Source: Marinicella sp. (lineage in GTDB: Bacteria; Pseudomonadota; Gammaproteobacteria; Xanthomonadales; Marinicellaceae). From it: a DNA stretch of 64,000 nt. The number at the start of each line of letters is the position of its first letter. The stretch's first letter is position 1. Shown here in pieces: positions 1 through 11,710 of the stretch. The notes beneath the pieces were generated by a model. That model made no database searches. It was given only the letters and a program-made list of their open reading frames with translations, and had not been told where the DNA came from. The stretch lies in NCBI GenBank assembly GCA_965230295.1, contig OZ246001.1:1088001-1152000 (forward strand), in the 5' to 3' direction. The translations under genes were made by a program, and so were the position numbers.

Positions 1-1
1 A

Positions 2-1540
2 CTGACCGTGGACCTGCCTCAAGACCATGCACCCATAAAAATTGTTTACCAAACCATGCCTCAAGCATCCGGCTTACAGTGGCTATCACCTGAGCAAACC
101 AGTGGGCAGCAGCAACCATTCATGTTTTCCCAATCACAAGCCATTCACGCCAGGAGTTGGATACCGCTACAAGACACGCCTTCAGTCAGGGTGACATACA
201 ACGCCACCATCAGGACCAAACCAGAAGCCAGGGCTGTATTGAGTGCCGACAACAACAACCAAGCCACCACAGATGGCGTTCATCATTTCACCATGGACCA
301 AGCCATTCCGGCTTACTTGATTGCCATCGCTGTTGGCGATTTGGAGTTCAATCCCATCAGTGAGCATGTGACCGTGTATGCAGAACAAGAGGTTTTGGCT
401 GCTGCTGCCTATGAATTTGCGGCCACCGAAGACATGATCACAGCCACAGAAGCCTTGTATGGCCCATACCGTTGGGGTCAATATGATTTGTTGGTGTTGC
501 CACCCAGTTTTCCTTTTGGCGGTATGGAAAATCCCAAATTGTCTCACATCACCCCAACCATCATTGCCGGTGACCGATCACTTGATTCTCTGATTGCTCA
601 TGAATTGGCGCACTCCTGGTCAGGAAATTTGGTCACCAATGCCTTGTGGCAGGATGCCTGGCTGAACGAAGGATTCACCACGTACATCGAATCCAGGATC
701 ACCGAAGCGGTGCACGGACGTGAGCGCATGGTCATGGAAGGTGCTTTGTCATACCAAGCACTGGTGGCATCAATGCAAGACATGAGCGAACAACAGCAAA
801 TGTTGGTGGGGTTGACACCAAGCGAAGATCCAGATGACCATTTCACCTCAGTCACATATGACAAAGGCCGATTCTTTCTGGAATGGATGGAACAACAAGT
901 GGGCAGAAATGCATTCGATGAATTCCTCAACAAGTATTTCAATCACTTTGCTTTTCAAAGCATCAGTACCACAGACTTTTTAGACTTTTTCAGCCAACAT
1001 TTGTTGCAGGATCAATCTGATAAAATCACCATGAGCCAAGTGAAAGCCTGGTTGTTTGAACCTGGCATCCCTGAATTCTTCACGCCACCAACCACCGAAA
1101 GGTTTGCGAAAATTGATACCGTGGTGAAGGCTTGGCAACAAGGCGTCATAGAGACCGATCAAATCAACAGCCAACAATGGACCACCCAAGAATGGTTACA
1201 TTTTTTACGGGCATTACCAGATCAGTTGTCACAGCAGCAACTGCAAAGCCTTGACCAAACATTCGGCTTTACCCAAAGACAGAACAGTGAAATCGCCCAT
1301 GATTGGCTGTTGATCAGTATCAACAACCAATACCAGGCAGCCTACCCAAGACTGATTGAATACCTGAATGGCATAGGTCGTGTGAAATTAATCAAACCCC
1401 TTTATGAAGCCATGATGGATCATGAAGACTTACACAACTTTGCCAGACAGATTTATCACAAGGCCAGACCGGGGTACCACAACATTGCAACCGCTCAAAT
1501 CGATTTGATTGTGAAATATAACGGCAGTGCGATGCAATGA
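2..1540 (+). CDS. M1 family zinc aminopeptidase (leukotriene A4 hydrolase-like), 5'-truncated by window edge
   Basis: GGMEN exopeptidase motif, HELAH-x18-E (WLNEGF) zinc motif, YDKG motif and an LTA4H-like C-terminal domain ([10 protein letters not shown]). The frame is open from position 2. Confidence 0.93.
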   Translation: MTVDLPQDHAPIKIVYQTMPQASGLQWLSPEQTSGQQQPFMFSQSQAIHARSWIPLQDTPSVRVTYNATIRTKPEARAVLSADNNNQATTDGVHHFTMDQAIPAYLIAIAVGDLEFNPISEHVTVYAEQEVLAAAAYEFAATEDMITATEALYGPYRWGQYDLLVLPPSFPFGGMENPKLSHITPTIIAGDRSLDSLIAHELAHSWSGNLVTNALWQDAWLNEGFTTYIESRITEAVHGRERMVMEGALSYQALVASMQDMSEQQQMLVGLTPSEDPDDHFTSVTYDKGRFFLEWMEQQVGRNAFDEFLNKYFNHFAFQSISTTDFLDFFSQHLLQDQSDKITMSQVKAWLFEPGIPEFFTPPTTERFAKIDTVVKAWQQGVIETDQINSQQWTTQEWLHFLRALPDQLSQQQLQSLDQTFGFTQRQNSEIAHDWLLISINNQYQAAYPRLIEYLNGIGRVKLIKPLYEAMMDHEDLHNFARQIYHKARPGYHNIATAQIDLIVKYNGSAMQ

Positions 1541-1652
1541 TTGAGTTCAAGACTCGATCGCTTGCTAGAAGTGCATCAGGTTTATCGGATCATTAACAGT
1601 GTGGTCATTCAGCAACCAGCTAATTGATTACATTTAATATCGGCTTTGTTGA

Positions 1653-3893
1653 TCAGCTGTTCAACATTTCTTTAAGCTGGTCTTTGATTGGCAGTCGCCT
1701 GATGCGTACGCCACTGGCAGCAAAAATAGCGTTGGTTAATGCCGGAGCCACTGGTGGTAATGGAATTTCACCCACACCCGCTGGCTCATCGCCGTAATTA
1801 ACAATGTGTACTTCCAATTGTTCAGGCATATCCTGTTGGCGCAACAAAGGGTAATCATGAAAATTACTCTGAACCACTTTGCCATTTTTGACAGTAATTT
1901 CCAGATTCAATGCCGTGCTCAAAGCATCGATGGTCCCTCCTTGCATCTGAGCTTCGACGCCTCTGGGATTAACTGCAAACCCACAATCAATGGCCCCTAT
2001 AATGCGGTGAATGGTCAACCCTCCTGTGGCCGACACACTGACCTCACATGCGTGGGCTGCATAACCTCCAAAAGTAAAATGAGTGGCAATACCAACACCA
2101 CGTCCCTGGGGTCTTGGTTGATTGAAATTAATTTTTTCTGCCACCAATTTCAACAAGGTAGATAAACGGCCCGGATTAAAAACGGGCCCACCATGATTTT
2201 CATAGGGAATGTCTCTGGATTCACCAAGTAAACTCAATTGAAAATCCAACGGATTCTGTTTGGTTTCATGGGCCAATTCATCAATAAAACTTTGAATCAC
2301 GAAGCCGTTGGCCGTGTGTGCCGGTGCACGCCATGACCCCCTGGGCATACCAGATTTAGCAGAGTGGTATTCAACATGGTAATCCTTAATGATGTTGGCA
2401 GGATAATCATCTTTATATAATTCGGCGTTGGCATAATCAGTTTCTGGCACATTGGCCCGGCGATAATACTTGCTGGCTGATGCCAACCGGTGTTGCCAAG
2501 CCACCAGTTGTCCATTTTTATTGAGCCCTGCATGCATTTCATGAATGCCAGAAGGTCGATAAAAATCATGTTTGATGTCATCTTCCCGAGACCACTGCAA
2601 CTTAATTGGCAGGCCAGTAGCCTTAGAAATAATGCAGGCTTCTGCCACATAATCATTGGTTAAACGGCGACCAAAACCGCCGCCCACTCGCGTCATCTCA
2701 ACTTTGATCATCAACCGATCAATGCCTGTTTCTGCTGCTGCCGCACGGGATGCCCCACTGGGCATTTGCGTAGGAACAATGATGTGTGCCTGGTTATCTT
2801 GAACATGGGCAAAACAATTTTGCGGTTCCAATGGTGCATGAGACACGAAAGGAACCTCGTATTGATGACTGATTCGTGTGGCGGATTGTTTATACGCGCT
2901 TGGAAAATCTCCATCATTGCGAATGGTTTGACCAGTGGTTTTAAGCAACGCTTGTAAATGAGCTCGAAATGACTCTGTTGATTCTTGTTGGAACGGGCCT
3001 GGTTCCCACTCAACCTCCAGAGCTGCCACTCCTTGCATCGCTGCCCATGTGTTTTCTGCCACAACCGCCACACCGCTGGCCAAAATGTTATATGGCGCTC
3101 CTGAAGCGGGACCATCCACCCGCAAAGTCCTGATCACACCTGGCACCTCAAGACATTTACTGTCATCATATGACTTCACACGCCCATCCAATTCAGGCGA
3201 TCTTTTAATCATGGCCACTTTCATGCCTTCAACAAATGTATCAATACCGTATTTGGCCTCACCTTTGACAACATCTCTGACTGAAAGGGCGTTTTGCGGT
3301 TTGCCCAAAATGCGAAAGTTTTTAGGGTCTTTCAGCTTAATCTTCTCATCTGACACGGGTTGTTTAGACGCCAGTGATATCAAATCAGCATAGCTGGATT
3401 TTTGTGCTGTATCTGGACCATAAACATGACCGGTTTCTGTGCGGCACTGTGCTGGTTCGATTTGCCACAACTTGGCTGCTGCAGCTATGAACTGCTGCCT
3501 GGCCTGGGCGCCCACTTCCCGCATGAACATCCAGTTGCCACTGGTGCCAGTGCTGCCACCGACGCCTTGGCCACCATATTTCCAAGTAAAACCATCGTTA
3601 GTTTTCAAAATTCCTAAAGGCATTTGTCTGACTTCAACTTGGGACCAACTCAAATCCAACTCTTCTGCCACCATCATGGGTAACACCGTTCGCACGCCTT
3701 GCCCGATTTCCGGTTGGTTACTGCCTATGACAACTTGATTGTTGGCCTTGACCTCAATGAAAAATCCCAATTTGTTATCAGCACCTTTAGACCCACTTGC
3801 GAATGCCGGGACACCAAACAACAACCCACCTGAAGCGGTCATACCTGTAATGAGGAACTGTCTTCGAGTCAACCCTGAAAATGATTTTTTCAT
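1653..3893 (-). CDS. Xanthine dehydrogenase family molybdopterin-binding subunit (isoquinoline 1-oxidoreductase beta/IorB-like)
   Basis: Tat-like N-terminus (TRRQFL) and motifs [42 protein letters not shown]. Confidence 0.92.
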   Translation of the reverse strand: MKKSFSGLTRRQFLITGMTASGGLLFGVPAFASGSKGADNKLGFFIEVKANNQVVIGSNQPEIGQGVRTVLPMMVAEELDLSWSQVEVRQMPLGILKTNDGFTWKYGGQGVGGSTGTSGNWMFMREVGAQARQQFIAAAAKLWQIEPAQCRTETGHVYGPDTAQKSSYADLISLASKQPVSDEKIKLKDPKNFRILGKPQNALSVRDVVKGEAKYGIDTFVEGMKVAMIKRSPELDGRVKSYDDSKCLEVPGVIRTLRVDGPASGAPYNILASGVAVVAENTWAAMQGVAALEVEWEPGPFQQESTESFRAHLQALLKTTGQTIRNDGDFPSAYKQSATRISHQYEVPFVSHAPLEPQNCFAHVQDNQAHIIVPTQMPSGASRAAAAETGIDRLMIKVEMTRVGGGFGRRLTNDYVAEACIISKATGLPIKLQWSREDDIKHDFYRPSGIHEMHAGLNKNGQLVAWQHRLASASKYYRRANVPETDYANAELYKDDYPANIIKDYHVEYHSAKSGMPRGSWRAPAHTANGFVIQSFIDELAHETKQNPLDFQLSLLGESRDIPYENHGGPVFNPGRLSTLLKLVAEKINFNQPRPQGRGVGIATHFTFGGYAAHACEVSVSATGGLTIHRIIGAIDCGFAVNPRGVEAQMQGGTIDALSTALNLEITVKNGKVVQSNFHDYPLLRQQDMPEQLEVHIVNYGDEPAGVGEIPLPPVAPALTNAIFAASGVRIRRLPIKDQLKEMLNS

Positions 3894-4360
3894 GATTCAC
3901 CTCGCTCTTGCATGATTTTGGCTGCATGATGGATGGCTTGGGAAACCCTCACATAAGTGCCACAGCGGCACAAGTTTGTCATCGCGGCCTTGATGTCTGT
4001 GTCTGTTGGATTGGGGTTCTTGCTCAGCAAATCTGTGGCGGCCATGATTTGTCCTGATTGACAATATCCACATTGTGGCACATCATGTTCTATCCAGGCT
4101 TGTTGGACTGGTGTCAGTTTTTCACCTTCGGCAAGCCCTTCAATAGTGGTTACAGCTTTATCTTTGATCCCGCCAACGGCTGTCACACAAGACCGGATCA
4201 ACTGCCCATCCAAGTGCACCGAGCATGCACCACATTGTCCTATACCACAGCCAAATTTAGTGCCGGTCATTTGTAACTCATCTCGAATGACCCACAACAA
4301 GGGTGTTTGGGGATCGCCCTCAAATTGAACCGACTGCCCGTTTACTTTGAAATGAATCAT
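3890..4360 (-). CDS. (2Fe-2S)-binding subunit (IorA/CoxS family)
   Basis: [22 protein letters not shown] and NLCRCGTY; 4-bp overlap with the beta subunit. Confidence 0.95.
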   Translation of the reverse strand: MIHFKVNGQSVQFEGDPQTPLLWVIRDELQMTGTKFGCGIGQCGACSVHLDGQLIRSCVTAVGGIKDKAVTTIEGLAEGEKLTPVQQAWIEHDVPQCGYCQSGQIMAATDLLSKNPNPTDTDIKAAMTNLCRCGTYVRVSQAIHHAAKIMQERGES

Positions 4361-4435
4361 AGCTACACCTGATTTGAAGTTTTATAATTATAGTAAGTGG
4401 TTCAACCAGATTGATGTAACTATAGTCATGTATTA

Positions 4436-4702
4436 GGGCCTGTTAACACTAAATAAATGACGATTGTTATGACTGAAAACATCACTATCAAGGCGCGAAT
4501 CGCGTGATTTGGCATGCCAATTGAGTGATGAGCAACGCAGGGTGTGGTGTTTTCAGCCTTAACCCATCGGGCTGGACCGGATTTTCCACCCACCGGCCTT
4601 AGCCAATCGTTCATGTGGAGTAACCACATATCACGATGGGTGGCGTTGTTGGCTGAAAAATACGGTTTCAGCAGTGGCCATTTATTTAGTATTAACAGGC
4701 CC
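4436..4702. mobile_element. Non-autonomous miniature inverted-repeat element (MITE), about 267 bp
   Basis: TAGGGCCTGTTAACACTAAATAAATG (4434-4459) and CATTTATTTAGTATTAACAGGCCCTA (4679-4704) form a 26-bp inverted repeat with 1 mismatch. The element is flanked by TA, has internal hairpins and has no transposase. Confidence 0.8.
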
Positions 4703-4813
4703 TAGCACCAATCACCCAATTTTGGCTCCAAGGTGTTTATAATAATGACCATTGCCAATTTTTCACGGGTTACCATTTAACACTGAAATCACGCTTTATA
4801 AACCTAAAATCAT

Positions 4814-5788
4814 ATGCTTGAACAAATCAGTTCCTTGTGGGACATTTTTTTACAAAAAAAATCAGCGGGACAACCGCTGGTATTAGGGACTTTGGTTAAA
4901 ACCACAGGGTCGAGTTATAAAAAAGCTGGCGCCATGATGTTGATTGAAGCAGATCGGACCACCCATGGCCTACTCAGCGGTGGCTGCCTGGAAGCTGATT
5001 TGGCAGAACATGCTGAGGCTGTCTTTAACAACCACCAACCCATCTCACTTGAGTATGACATGAGCGATGAGTCTATATTTGGTTTGGGTGCAGGCTGTGA
5101 TGGCACATTGCGGGTGGTTTTACAACTGATTGACGGAGACTATTTACCCTTCAGTGCTTTAGACCCTCGACCAGACCAAGCCACAGCAACCCAATTGTTC
5201 ATCAATTCAGATGCAAACAATGGTTCTCCAATCGGCAGTTTTTGGCTAAAGCAGCAGCAACATGTCATTGAATCAAAAACCAGAGTTCAGCGCGATGACC
5301 TACAACAAAACCAAATCCTGCATTACTTGCCACCACCCAAAGTGGTTGTTTGTGGCGCTGGCATCGATGTCACACCTTTGCTTGAAATGATGCACATTTT
5401 GCAGTGGCATGTTTATCTGGTAGATCATCGGCCAGGACGATTGAATGCTGATATACACCCCAAAGGGACACATTTGATCAAGGCAGAAAACCTGCTCAAA
5501 TCGACTGATACAAGTCATCTGACATTTGACGCAGCCATCATAATGACTCACAACCTGAAAAGGGACACTGAGTACCTTCAACATTTCTACCAGACCACCA
5601 CGCCTTGGATAGGGATGCTGGGCCCACCGCAAAGGCGCGATAAGGTGTTGGCAAGGACTCAACTGGAGATTGATGCCTTGTCAGACCGTTTACATGCACC
5701 CATCGGGCTAAATATTGGTGGCCACATGCCAGAACATATAGCGGTTTCCATCGTGGCTCAACTGCAAGAGTTCTTCAACCAATCATGA
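4814..5788 (+). CDS. xdhC: XdhC/CoxI family molybdoenzyme maturation factor
   Basis: GSSYKKAGAMM, LSGGCLE, GAGCDG, MTHN, LHAPIGLNIGG; lies next to the Mo-hydroxylase genes. Confidence 0.9.
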   Translation: MLEQISSLWDIFLQKKSAGQPLVLGTLVKTTGSSYKKAGAMMLIEADRTTHGLLSGGCLEADLAEHAEAVFNNHQPISLEYDMSDESIFGLGAGCDGTLRVVLQLIDGDYLPFSALDPRPDQATATQLFINSDANNGSPIGSFWLKQQQHVIESKTRVQRDDLQQNQILHYLPPPKVVVCGAGIDVTPLLEMMHILQWHVYLVDHRPGRLNADIHPKGTHLIKAENLLKSTDTSHLTFDAAIIMTHNLKRDTEYLQHFYQTTTPWIGMLGPPQRRDKVLARTQLEIDALSDRLHAPIGLNIGGHMPEHIAVSIVAQLQEFFNQS

Positions 5789-6345
5789 GGATCAATGGCA
5801 TCATTCTGGCCGCTGGACAATCCAGTCGCTTGGGCCATGACAAGCAATTGGTCAATTTTCAAGGCAACAGCCTGATACGACATACCGAACAACTGATCCA
5901 ACCCTTGGTCAATCAATTGTATGTGATCTTGGGTTTCAACCATGAAAACATACAGAAGGAACTGAAAACAGCAACCTGTTTGGTCAATAAGAATTGGCAA
6001 CTGGGCATGGGCAACTCATTGTCTTTTGGTATTGCGGCAGCCAAAAAAAATGCCGATGGCATCCTGATTGCCTTGTGTGACCAACCACGCATACCACAAT
6101 CACATTACATCAATATGATCACGGCTGCTAAACGGCATAACAACCACATCATCACCACAGCTTACGCTGGAATCAATGGGGTCCCGACTGTTTTCCCCAA
6201 ACATCATTTCAATGAACTGACCTCGCTGACAGGATCCCAGGGCGCTCGTGAGATCATCGAAAGGCATGCCAAGCAGGTCATCGCCCTGAACTGTGAGCAT
6301 GCAGAGTTTGATGTAGACAGCAACAACCATGTGGAGCAACTGTGA
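5785..6345 (+). CDS. mocA: Molybdenum cofactor cytidylyltransferase (MocA-like nucleotidyltransferase)
   Basis: ILAAGQSSRLG..KQL, GMGNSL, CDQP, GSQGAR, DVD; overlaps xdhC. Confidence 0.85.
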   Translation: MRINGIILAAGQSSRLGHDKQLVNFQGNSLIRHTEQLIQPLVNQLYVILGFNHENIQKELKTATCLVNKNWQLGMGNSLSFGIAAAKKNADGILIALCDQPRIPQSHYINMITAAKRHNNHIITTAYAGINGVPTVFPKHHFNELTSLTGSQGAREIIERHAKQVIALNCEHAEFDVDSNNHVEQL

Positions 6346-6448
6346 TTGATTTACTGTTATCATTGTTTACATTTTGCGTCATTGTCAGGTTGACAGTGGT
6401 TGTCAGGCTGGGCTTTAATAAGGGGTTTGTTTATGCTGGGAACCAAAG

Positions 6449-8482
6449 TTGTATAACTCAATGTTAGCCACTTTAATATTTCAAACAATCAGCGCACTAT
6501 TGATTGGTTGGTTGCTCTACTATTTTGCCAAAATATACCAGCGCAAATACCTGTTTTATTGGTCATATAGTTTTTATTCATTGACCTTATTCCTGGCTGG
6601 TTCAGCACTTGGAATTTGGTTGATATTGAATCAGTTTGACCCATCATCATTGATACGACTGACCAACTTATTCCTGCTTTCAACGGCCGGTTACATGCAG
6701 ATTGCATTTTTGATGATTGGCACCGTCTCATTGGTCAATGGGACTGAAATCAATCAAAAGACCTTTGTCAGGATTTTGATTGTTTGTATGTTGATTGCCT
6801 TGGGCATCACTTTGTTTAAAAACTGGTCGGTGGAAGAATCCACTTTGCGTTATTTCACCCGTGTTGGTTTGCGCTATTTCACGGCGGGGCTGGCCTGTTT
6901 AGGCACAGCCATATACATCTTACGCAATGACCCCAATCCATTGATAGGCAAGAAAGTGGTGACCATAGGCTTTTTTGTTTATGGTTTTGAGATGTCCTTT
7001 TTGGGTTGGCTGACCTTTGAAAATCACTTTCTTAATGGCAGTCGTCTTTTAACCAGCTTAATTCCCTATCATGGCATGTTTGAGTTGATTTTATATCCCA
7101 TGATTGGTGTTGGACTCATCATATGGTTGTTGGAAGCTGAACGCATGCGGGGCAAGAAAGCAGAAGAAAAACTCCAACACATCAATTTAACGGATGGCTT
7201 GACTGGATTACCCAACCAACAAGCTTTGAAGAAATATTTAAGCCAGTGGGTGAAAATTGCCAGGCCCAAAGAGCACATGACAATGGTCTTGTTCGATATC
7301 GATAAAATGGGTCGCATCAATGATGGAGAAGGCATCAACAAAGGAGATCAATTGTTGATAGCCATGAGTAAGAGACTGGACGTATTATCGACCGGTCAAC
7401 CGTTTTATGGCCGCATGTTTGGTGATGTGTTTGTCTTGTTGCTGAACGGTTATGGCCATTCACAATTGAATAAAATTGAAACACTGAGGAAAAATTTATC
7501 ACGTCCATTCAAACTGAACAGCCAGACCATCCACGTTGACATGAGTGCGGGGGCAACCGCCATCACCACAGATTTAGATCACGAAACCATTTTCAGGCAA
7601 GCCAATTTGGCATTACAAGCGGCCAAAATGAATGGCGGAAAACAAAGCCAGAACTTCAGTAACGAGCTGAAGTCGCCGTCTAATACCGACATCAGCTTTG
7701 AAAACGAGCTGCGCACTGCTTTTAAACAAAATCAATTCGAAGTTTATTATCAACCCATATGGTCAGATAAAAGAAACATCATGTGTTTTGAGGCCTTGAT
7801 TCGTTGGAAACATCCTCAAAGAGGGCTCTTGTCACCGGCCACATTCTTGTATTTGGTGCAACAGCTGGGGTTAATGACAGAATTGGACTACTGGGTCACA
7901 GAACAAGCATTCATTCAAATAAAAAAATGGCGCGCCATAAACCCTGACTCAGCCAAAATAACCATCAATTTATCTGCCGATACCATACAACATGGAGGCA
8001 TCGTAGAATACATCAAACAATGTTCACTGAAGCACAAAGTCACCACCCAACACATCACCGCTGAGATTACCGAGAACACTGCCATGCACAACATCGAAAG
8101 CGGTATGGATACCTTGCAAAAATTAAGAAAATTAGGCATTAAGATTGCCATCGATGACTTTGGTACGGGGTACTCATCATTGAATTACCTGCGCTCTTTC
8201 CCTTCAGATGTGATTAAATTTGACCGCTCTTTTGTTTCCGATGAAAAAAGCCATGATATCAACCACGAAATCCTCAAGGCTTTGGTGCCTTTGTGCCACG
8301 AGTTAAATAAAAAGGTCATCATTGAGGGGATTGAAAGTGGTGCTCAATACGAACAAGTGTCACAATTCGATGTGGATGGATTCCAAGGTTACTACCTGTG
8401 CTATCCGCTGCAAGAAAAAGAAGCCACAAAAATGCTGACCATCAGTAAAAAGTCATTACTCAAATCCATGATGAATGCTTAA
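6449..8482 (+). CDS. Membrane-bound GGDEF-EAL protein (degenerate GGDEF, probable c-di-GMP phosphodiesterase)
   Basis: About 7 hydrophobic N-terminal segments; TDGLTGLPN; the GGDEF position reads FGDVF; intact EALIRW, DDFGTGYSS, IKFD and EGIE motifs. Confidence 0.88.
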   Translation: MYNSMLATLIFQTISALLIGWLLYYFAKIYQRKYLFYWSYSFYSLTLFLAGSALGIWLILNQFDPSSLIRLTNLFLLSTAGYMQIAFLMIGTVSLVNGTEINQKTFVRILIVCMLIALGITLFKNWSVEESTLRYFTRVGLRYFTAGLACLGTAIYILRNDPNPLIGKKVVTIGFFVYGFEMSFLGWLTFENHFLNGSRLLTSLIPYHGMFELILYPMIGVGLIIWLLEAERMRGKKAEEKLQHINLTDGLTGLPNQQALKKYLSQWVKIARPKEHMTMVLFDIDKMGRINDGEGINKGDQLLIAMSKRLDVLSTGQPFYGRMFGDVFVLLLNGYGHSQLNKIETLRKNLSRPFKLNSQTIHVDMSAGATAITTDLDHETIFRQANLALQAAKMNGGKQSQNFSNELKSPSNTDISFENELRTAFKQNQFEVYYQPIWSDKRNIMCFEALIRWKHPQRGLLSPATFLYLVQQLGLMTELDYWVTEQAFIQIKKWRAINPDSAKITINLSADTIQHGGIVEYIKQCSLKHKVTTQHITAEITENTAMHNIESGMDTLQKLRKLGIKIAIDDFGTGYSSLNYLRSFPSDVIKFDRSFVSDEKSHDINHEILKALVPLCHELNKKVIIEGIESGAQYEQVSQFDVDGFQGYYLCYPLQEKEATKMLTISKKSLLKSMMNA

Positions 8483-9702
8483 GGATTGGTTATTTTTTCA
8501 TCCATATCCACTTGTTTTCTGAACATCAGAAACAAGACCATTGCCAGTAAGGATGTGATGAAAAAACCCAACATGATGGGCGTAACCGTTGCTTCCAATT
8601 GTTGAGATATGATGATTCCTAATGTGGCTGCTATCAGAGCCGAGACCACACCTATCACCGAAGCTCCCATTCCAGCATGCGCTCCCAAAGGTAACATGGC
8701 AATGGCCATGACGTTACCAAACACCATACCAATACAGATGTTGATGACCCCTAAGTTCAGAATCAACATCCACATCGGTGGCAAACCATCAAAAGCATAG
8801 ACCAACAACAAACCCAATGTATTGGCCAACAGCATCCATAACAAAGCCCAAAAGGTGACTTGCATGGCACCGAATCTCATCACCACTTTGGCATTGAGGA
8901 ACGCCGCCAGACCAAAGAACAAGGCAATGACGCCAAATATGATCGGAAATGCATCTCCTTTGTCATACAGTTGACTGAAGAGTTGTTGAGCACTGTTCAA
9001 ATAGGCCATAAAGCCGCTGAATATCACCCCGCTGATACAGGCAAATGCCATTGATACCGGTTGTTTGACCACCCATTTAAAGGCATCAAAATGGGTTTTA
9101 AACATCAGCGGCTTGCGGTTTTTTTCAGCCAACGATTCTGGCAAACGCCACGAACTCCATACCATGATGATTAGCCCGAAAACCACATAGGTATACAAAA
9201 TGCCATGCCATGGCCCCAGCCACAACAACAAGGATCCCAACGATGGTGCAAACACAGGCACCATGATAAAAATCACCATCACCAAGGAAGTCACTCTGGC
9301 CATTTCATTACCAGAGAAGTGGTCTCGTGTGATGGCATTGACCATGATCCTGGCAGCGGCTGCCCCAATGCCCTGAAATGACCTGGCCAACAAAAACACC
9401 CAATAACTTTCCGCAAACAAACAGGCCACTGATGCCAAGACATAAATACCAACACCAAACAACAGGATGGGTTTGCGACCCAAACTGTCAGAAAGTGGCC
9501 CATAAAAAATCTGAGCTACAGCAAACCCCAGCATATAAGCCGTGATGATCCATTGCTGTTGATTACTGACCACAACACCAAAAGACTCAACAATCAAAGG
9601 CATCGCCGGCAACTGTAAATCAATGGTCAATGCCCCCAAGGAGGTCATCATTGCCATTAAGGTGATCAGCTCACCATAAGAAATACTGGTTTTTTGTTTC
9701 AT
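8479..9702 (-). CDS. Bcr/CflA family MFS drug-resistance transporter
   Basis: IDLQLPAMP, GPLSDSLGRKP (MFS motif A), LPES; about 12 TM segments. Confidence 0.9.
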   Translation of the reverse strand: MKQKTSISYGELITLMAMMTSLGALTIDLQLPAMPLIVESFGVVVSNQQQWIITAYMLGFAVAQIFYGPLSDSLGRKPILLFGVGIYVLASVACLFAESYWVFLLARSFQGIGAAAARIMVNAITRDHFSGNEMARVTSLVMVIFIMVPVFAPSLGSLLLWLGPWHGILYTYVVFGLIIMVWSSWRLPESLAEKNRKPLMFKTHFDAFKWVVKQPVSMAFACISGVIFSGFMAYLNSAQQLFSQLYDKGDAFPIIFGVIALFFGLAAFLNAKVVMRFGAMQVTFWALLWMLLANTLGLLLVYAFDGLPPMWMLILNLGVINICIGMVFGNVMAIAMLPLGAHAGMGASVIGVVSALIAATLGIIISQQLEATVTPIMLGFFITSLLAMVLFLMFRKQVDMDEKITNP

Positions 9703-9747
9703 GGCTAAAGGCCGATTTGGTCTGTCTAGTTAAAACCTGAGAATGGC

Positions 9748-11523
9748 TCAATGATCGGTGGCTATGACCACACAATTACGGCCTCTGCTTTTTGCTGTAT
9801 ACAAGGCTTTATCAGCCTGGTACATGGCTTTTTGCCAACTTGATGTGGTCTCATTGACGACGTGGCTGAGACCGACTGATGCAGTCAATTGGGTTTTCGC
9901 GCTACCCTGTTCTATGACCGTGGCTTTGATAGATTGTAACAGCAAAGATGAAAAATTATCTTTTTCTTCATCACAAATGTCATCTGTGATTAACATAAAC
10001 TCTTCACCACCCCACCGACCAACAAAACGGTCTTTGTTGACCAATGACGATAATGTTTTGGCAATTTCCTGCAAAGCATAATCCCCAAAGTCATGGTCAA
10101 ATTCATCATTCACACTTTTGAATTCATCCAAATCAATCAGCCACATCAGTCTTGATTTTGGCGGCTTGGGCAAACTGTGGCTTGCAGACCACTCTTTGAT
10201 GGCACGGCGATTACCAAGCTGTGTCAAACTGTCGGTCATTGCCATCCAGGTAAGGATTTTCTTGGTACGATGTTGCCACCACAAAAAAGCCAGTAATGCA
10301 GTGAGGATGACCCCGGACAAAATAATGACCAATCTGCGGTCATGCTCTGCTTCTTGAATCCTGATGAGATCATTCGCTCGATTGCTTTTTAACAAAGCCA
10401 ACTCTTCTCGTTGTTGACTGGCATCCAGTCGAACTTGCATTTGCGACATCACCTGCTGATTGAAGGTATCTTGCACCTCTTCATCGGTTTTTCTGGCCAG
10501 TTTATGCATCTCAATGGCCGTCGATAGCAGGCCCAGGCGTTCATAAGTCACAGCCAGGCTGTGCAAGGGATTGGTACTGGCTAAAATGGCTTGCTTGTTT
10601 TTGGGATCGGTATAGTAATCTTTGACTTGATTGGCGTATTGTAATGCCAATTCATTGTCGCCTTGCTTGGACAGTATGGCAGCCAATGTACTTAAAATGT
10701 TGTGGTAATCATTGAACGCATTTTCAGCTTCAAGGTAAATGTTTATCGCCCGTTGCGCATAGTCCTTTGCAGTATCATACGCTCCCAGTCCGGTATGTGC
10801 AGCGGCCAAACCAGAATAGACTTGTGCCACTCGATTGTTTGGCCAGTGCTCGTTGATCATACTTTCAACCTGTTGGAACACTTTCAAGCCTTCTGTGAAT
10901 CGTTGTTGTCCATTCAAGGTGGTGGCTAAATTAAACAGGACGGGCGGTTGGTATCTGTAGTCATTGGTTTCATCCATCAGCTCCAAAGCCTGATAATAAG
11001 TTTTAATGGCTTGTTCATGTTCTCTGATTTCAGAGTTAAGCACACCGAGGTTAACCAACAGTGGAATCTGCTCTTCTTTCAATGACATGGCTGTCGCATC
11101 TGCCATGGCGGCATCATAATTCTCGGTTGCACTGATGCGGTCACCCACACGGTGATAGATACCACCTGCTCGACGCAGTAATTTAATGCTTTGTATGGAC
11201 TCGGGTAAATTCAAAGCCAATTTTTCCAACTGAAAAGCACGCTTTCTGGCTTCTTCTGTCGAATCAATGACGGCCATGGCCCAACCCAAACAACCAAGAA
11301 TTTGGCCATACTGAGGCGTGGTATTTAGAGCCGTCATGGATTCCAGCAACTGTTCTGCCAAAGCGATCGCTTCATTGGGCTTGTTGTCTTCCAAAGCATT
11401 ACACTGCTCAATTTGTTCCGCTATGGGATCGGCACCTTGTTGCGAATTAACGGATACAGAGCAAAACAACAACACAGCTAGGAGTAAGCACAGATGCTTG
11501 ACTAAGATACAGTTGGGCTTCAT
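9748..11523 (-). CDS. Diguanylate cyclase with periplasmic TPR sensor
   Basis: Signal peptide, TPR-like helical repeats, a single TM segment, then DSLTQLGNRR, GRWGGEEF, ADKALYTAK..GRN. Confidence 0.9.
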   Translation of the reverse strand: MKPNCILVKHLCLLLAVLLFCSVSVNSQQGADPIAEQIEQCNALEDNKPNEAIALAEQLLESMTALNTTPQYGQILGCLGWAMAVIDSTEEARKRAFQLEKLALNLPESIQSIKLLRRAGGIYHRVGDRISATENYDAAMADATAMSLKEEQIPLLVNLGVLNSEIREHEQAIKTYYQALELMDETNDYRYQPPVLFNLATTLNGQQRFTEGLKVFQQVESMINEHWPNNRVAQVYSGLAAAHTGLGAYDTAKDYAQRAINIYLEAENAFNDYHNILSTLAAILSKQGDNELALQYANQVKDYYTDPKNKQAILASTNPLHSLAVTYERLGLLSTAIEMHKLARKTDEEVQDTFNQQVMSQMQVRLDASQQREELALLKSNRANDLIRIQEAEHDRRLVIILSGVILTALLAFLWWQHRTKKILTWMAMTDSLTQLGNRRAIKEWSASHSLPKPPKSRLMWLIDLDEFKSVNDEFDHDFGDYALQEIAKTLSSLVNKDRFVGRWGGEEFMLITDDICDEEKDNFSSLLLQSIKATVIEQGSAKTQLTASVGLSHVVNETTSSWQKAMYQADKALYTAKSRGRNCVVIATDH

Positions 11524-11710
11524 AGGCTATTGGTCAAATACACACACAGTATCATGCTAACTGATTATGTCTGTTGTTTCCATCAGATTTATTCAGCTGA
11601 CCCAAAAAGCATCCTTTTTTTTCATTTATGGAAATGGTTTTGATGAAATCCCGGCTTTATTGCAAGAACCAAACAAAGAATGTCAGTTCTCTTTCATTGT
11701 TAATGCTTCG

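Noticed and set aside
4426-4629. 67-aa ORF inside the MITE, and short ORFs across the repeats at 23626-24033 and 54527-54862
   Set aside because: They are translations of repeat DNA with no protein-like features.
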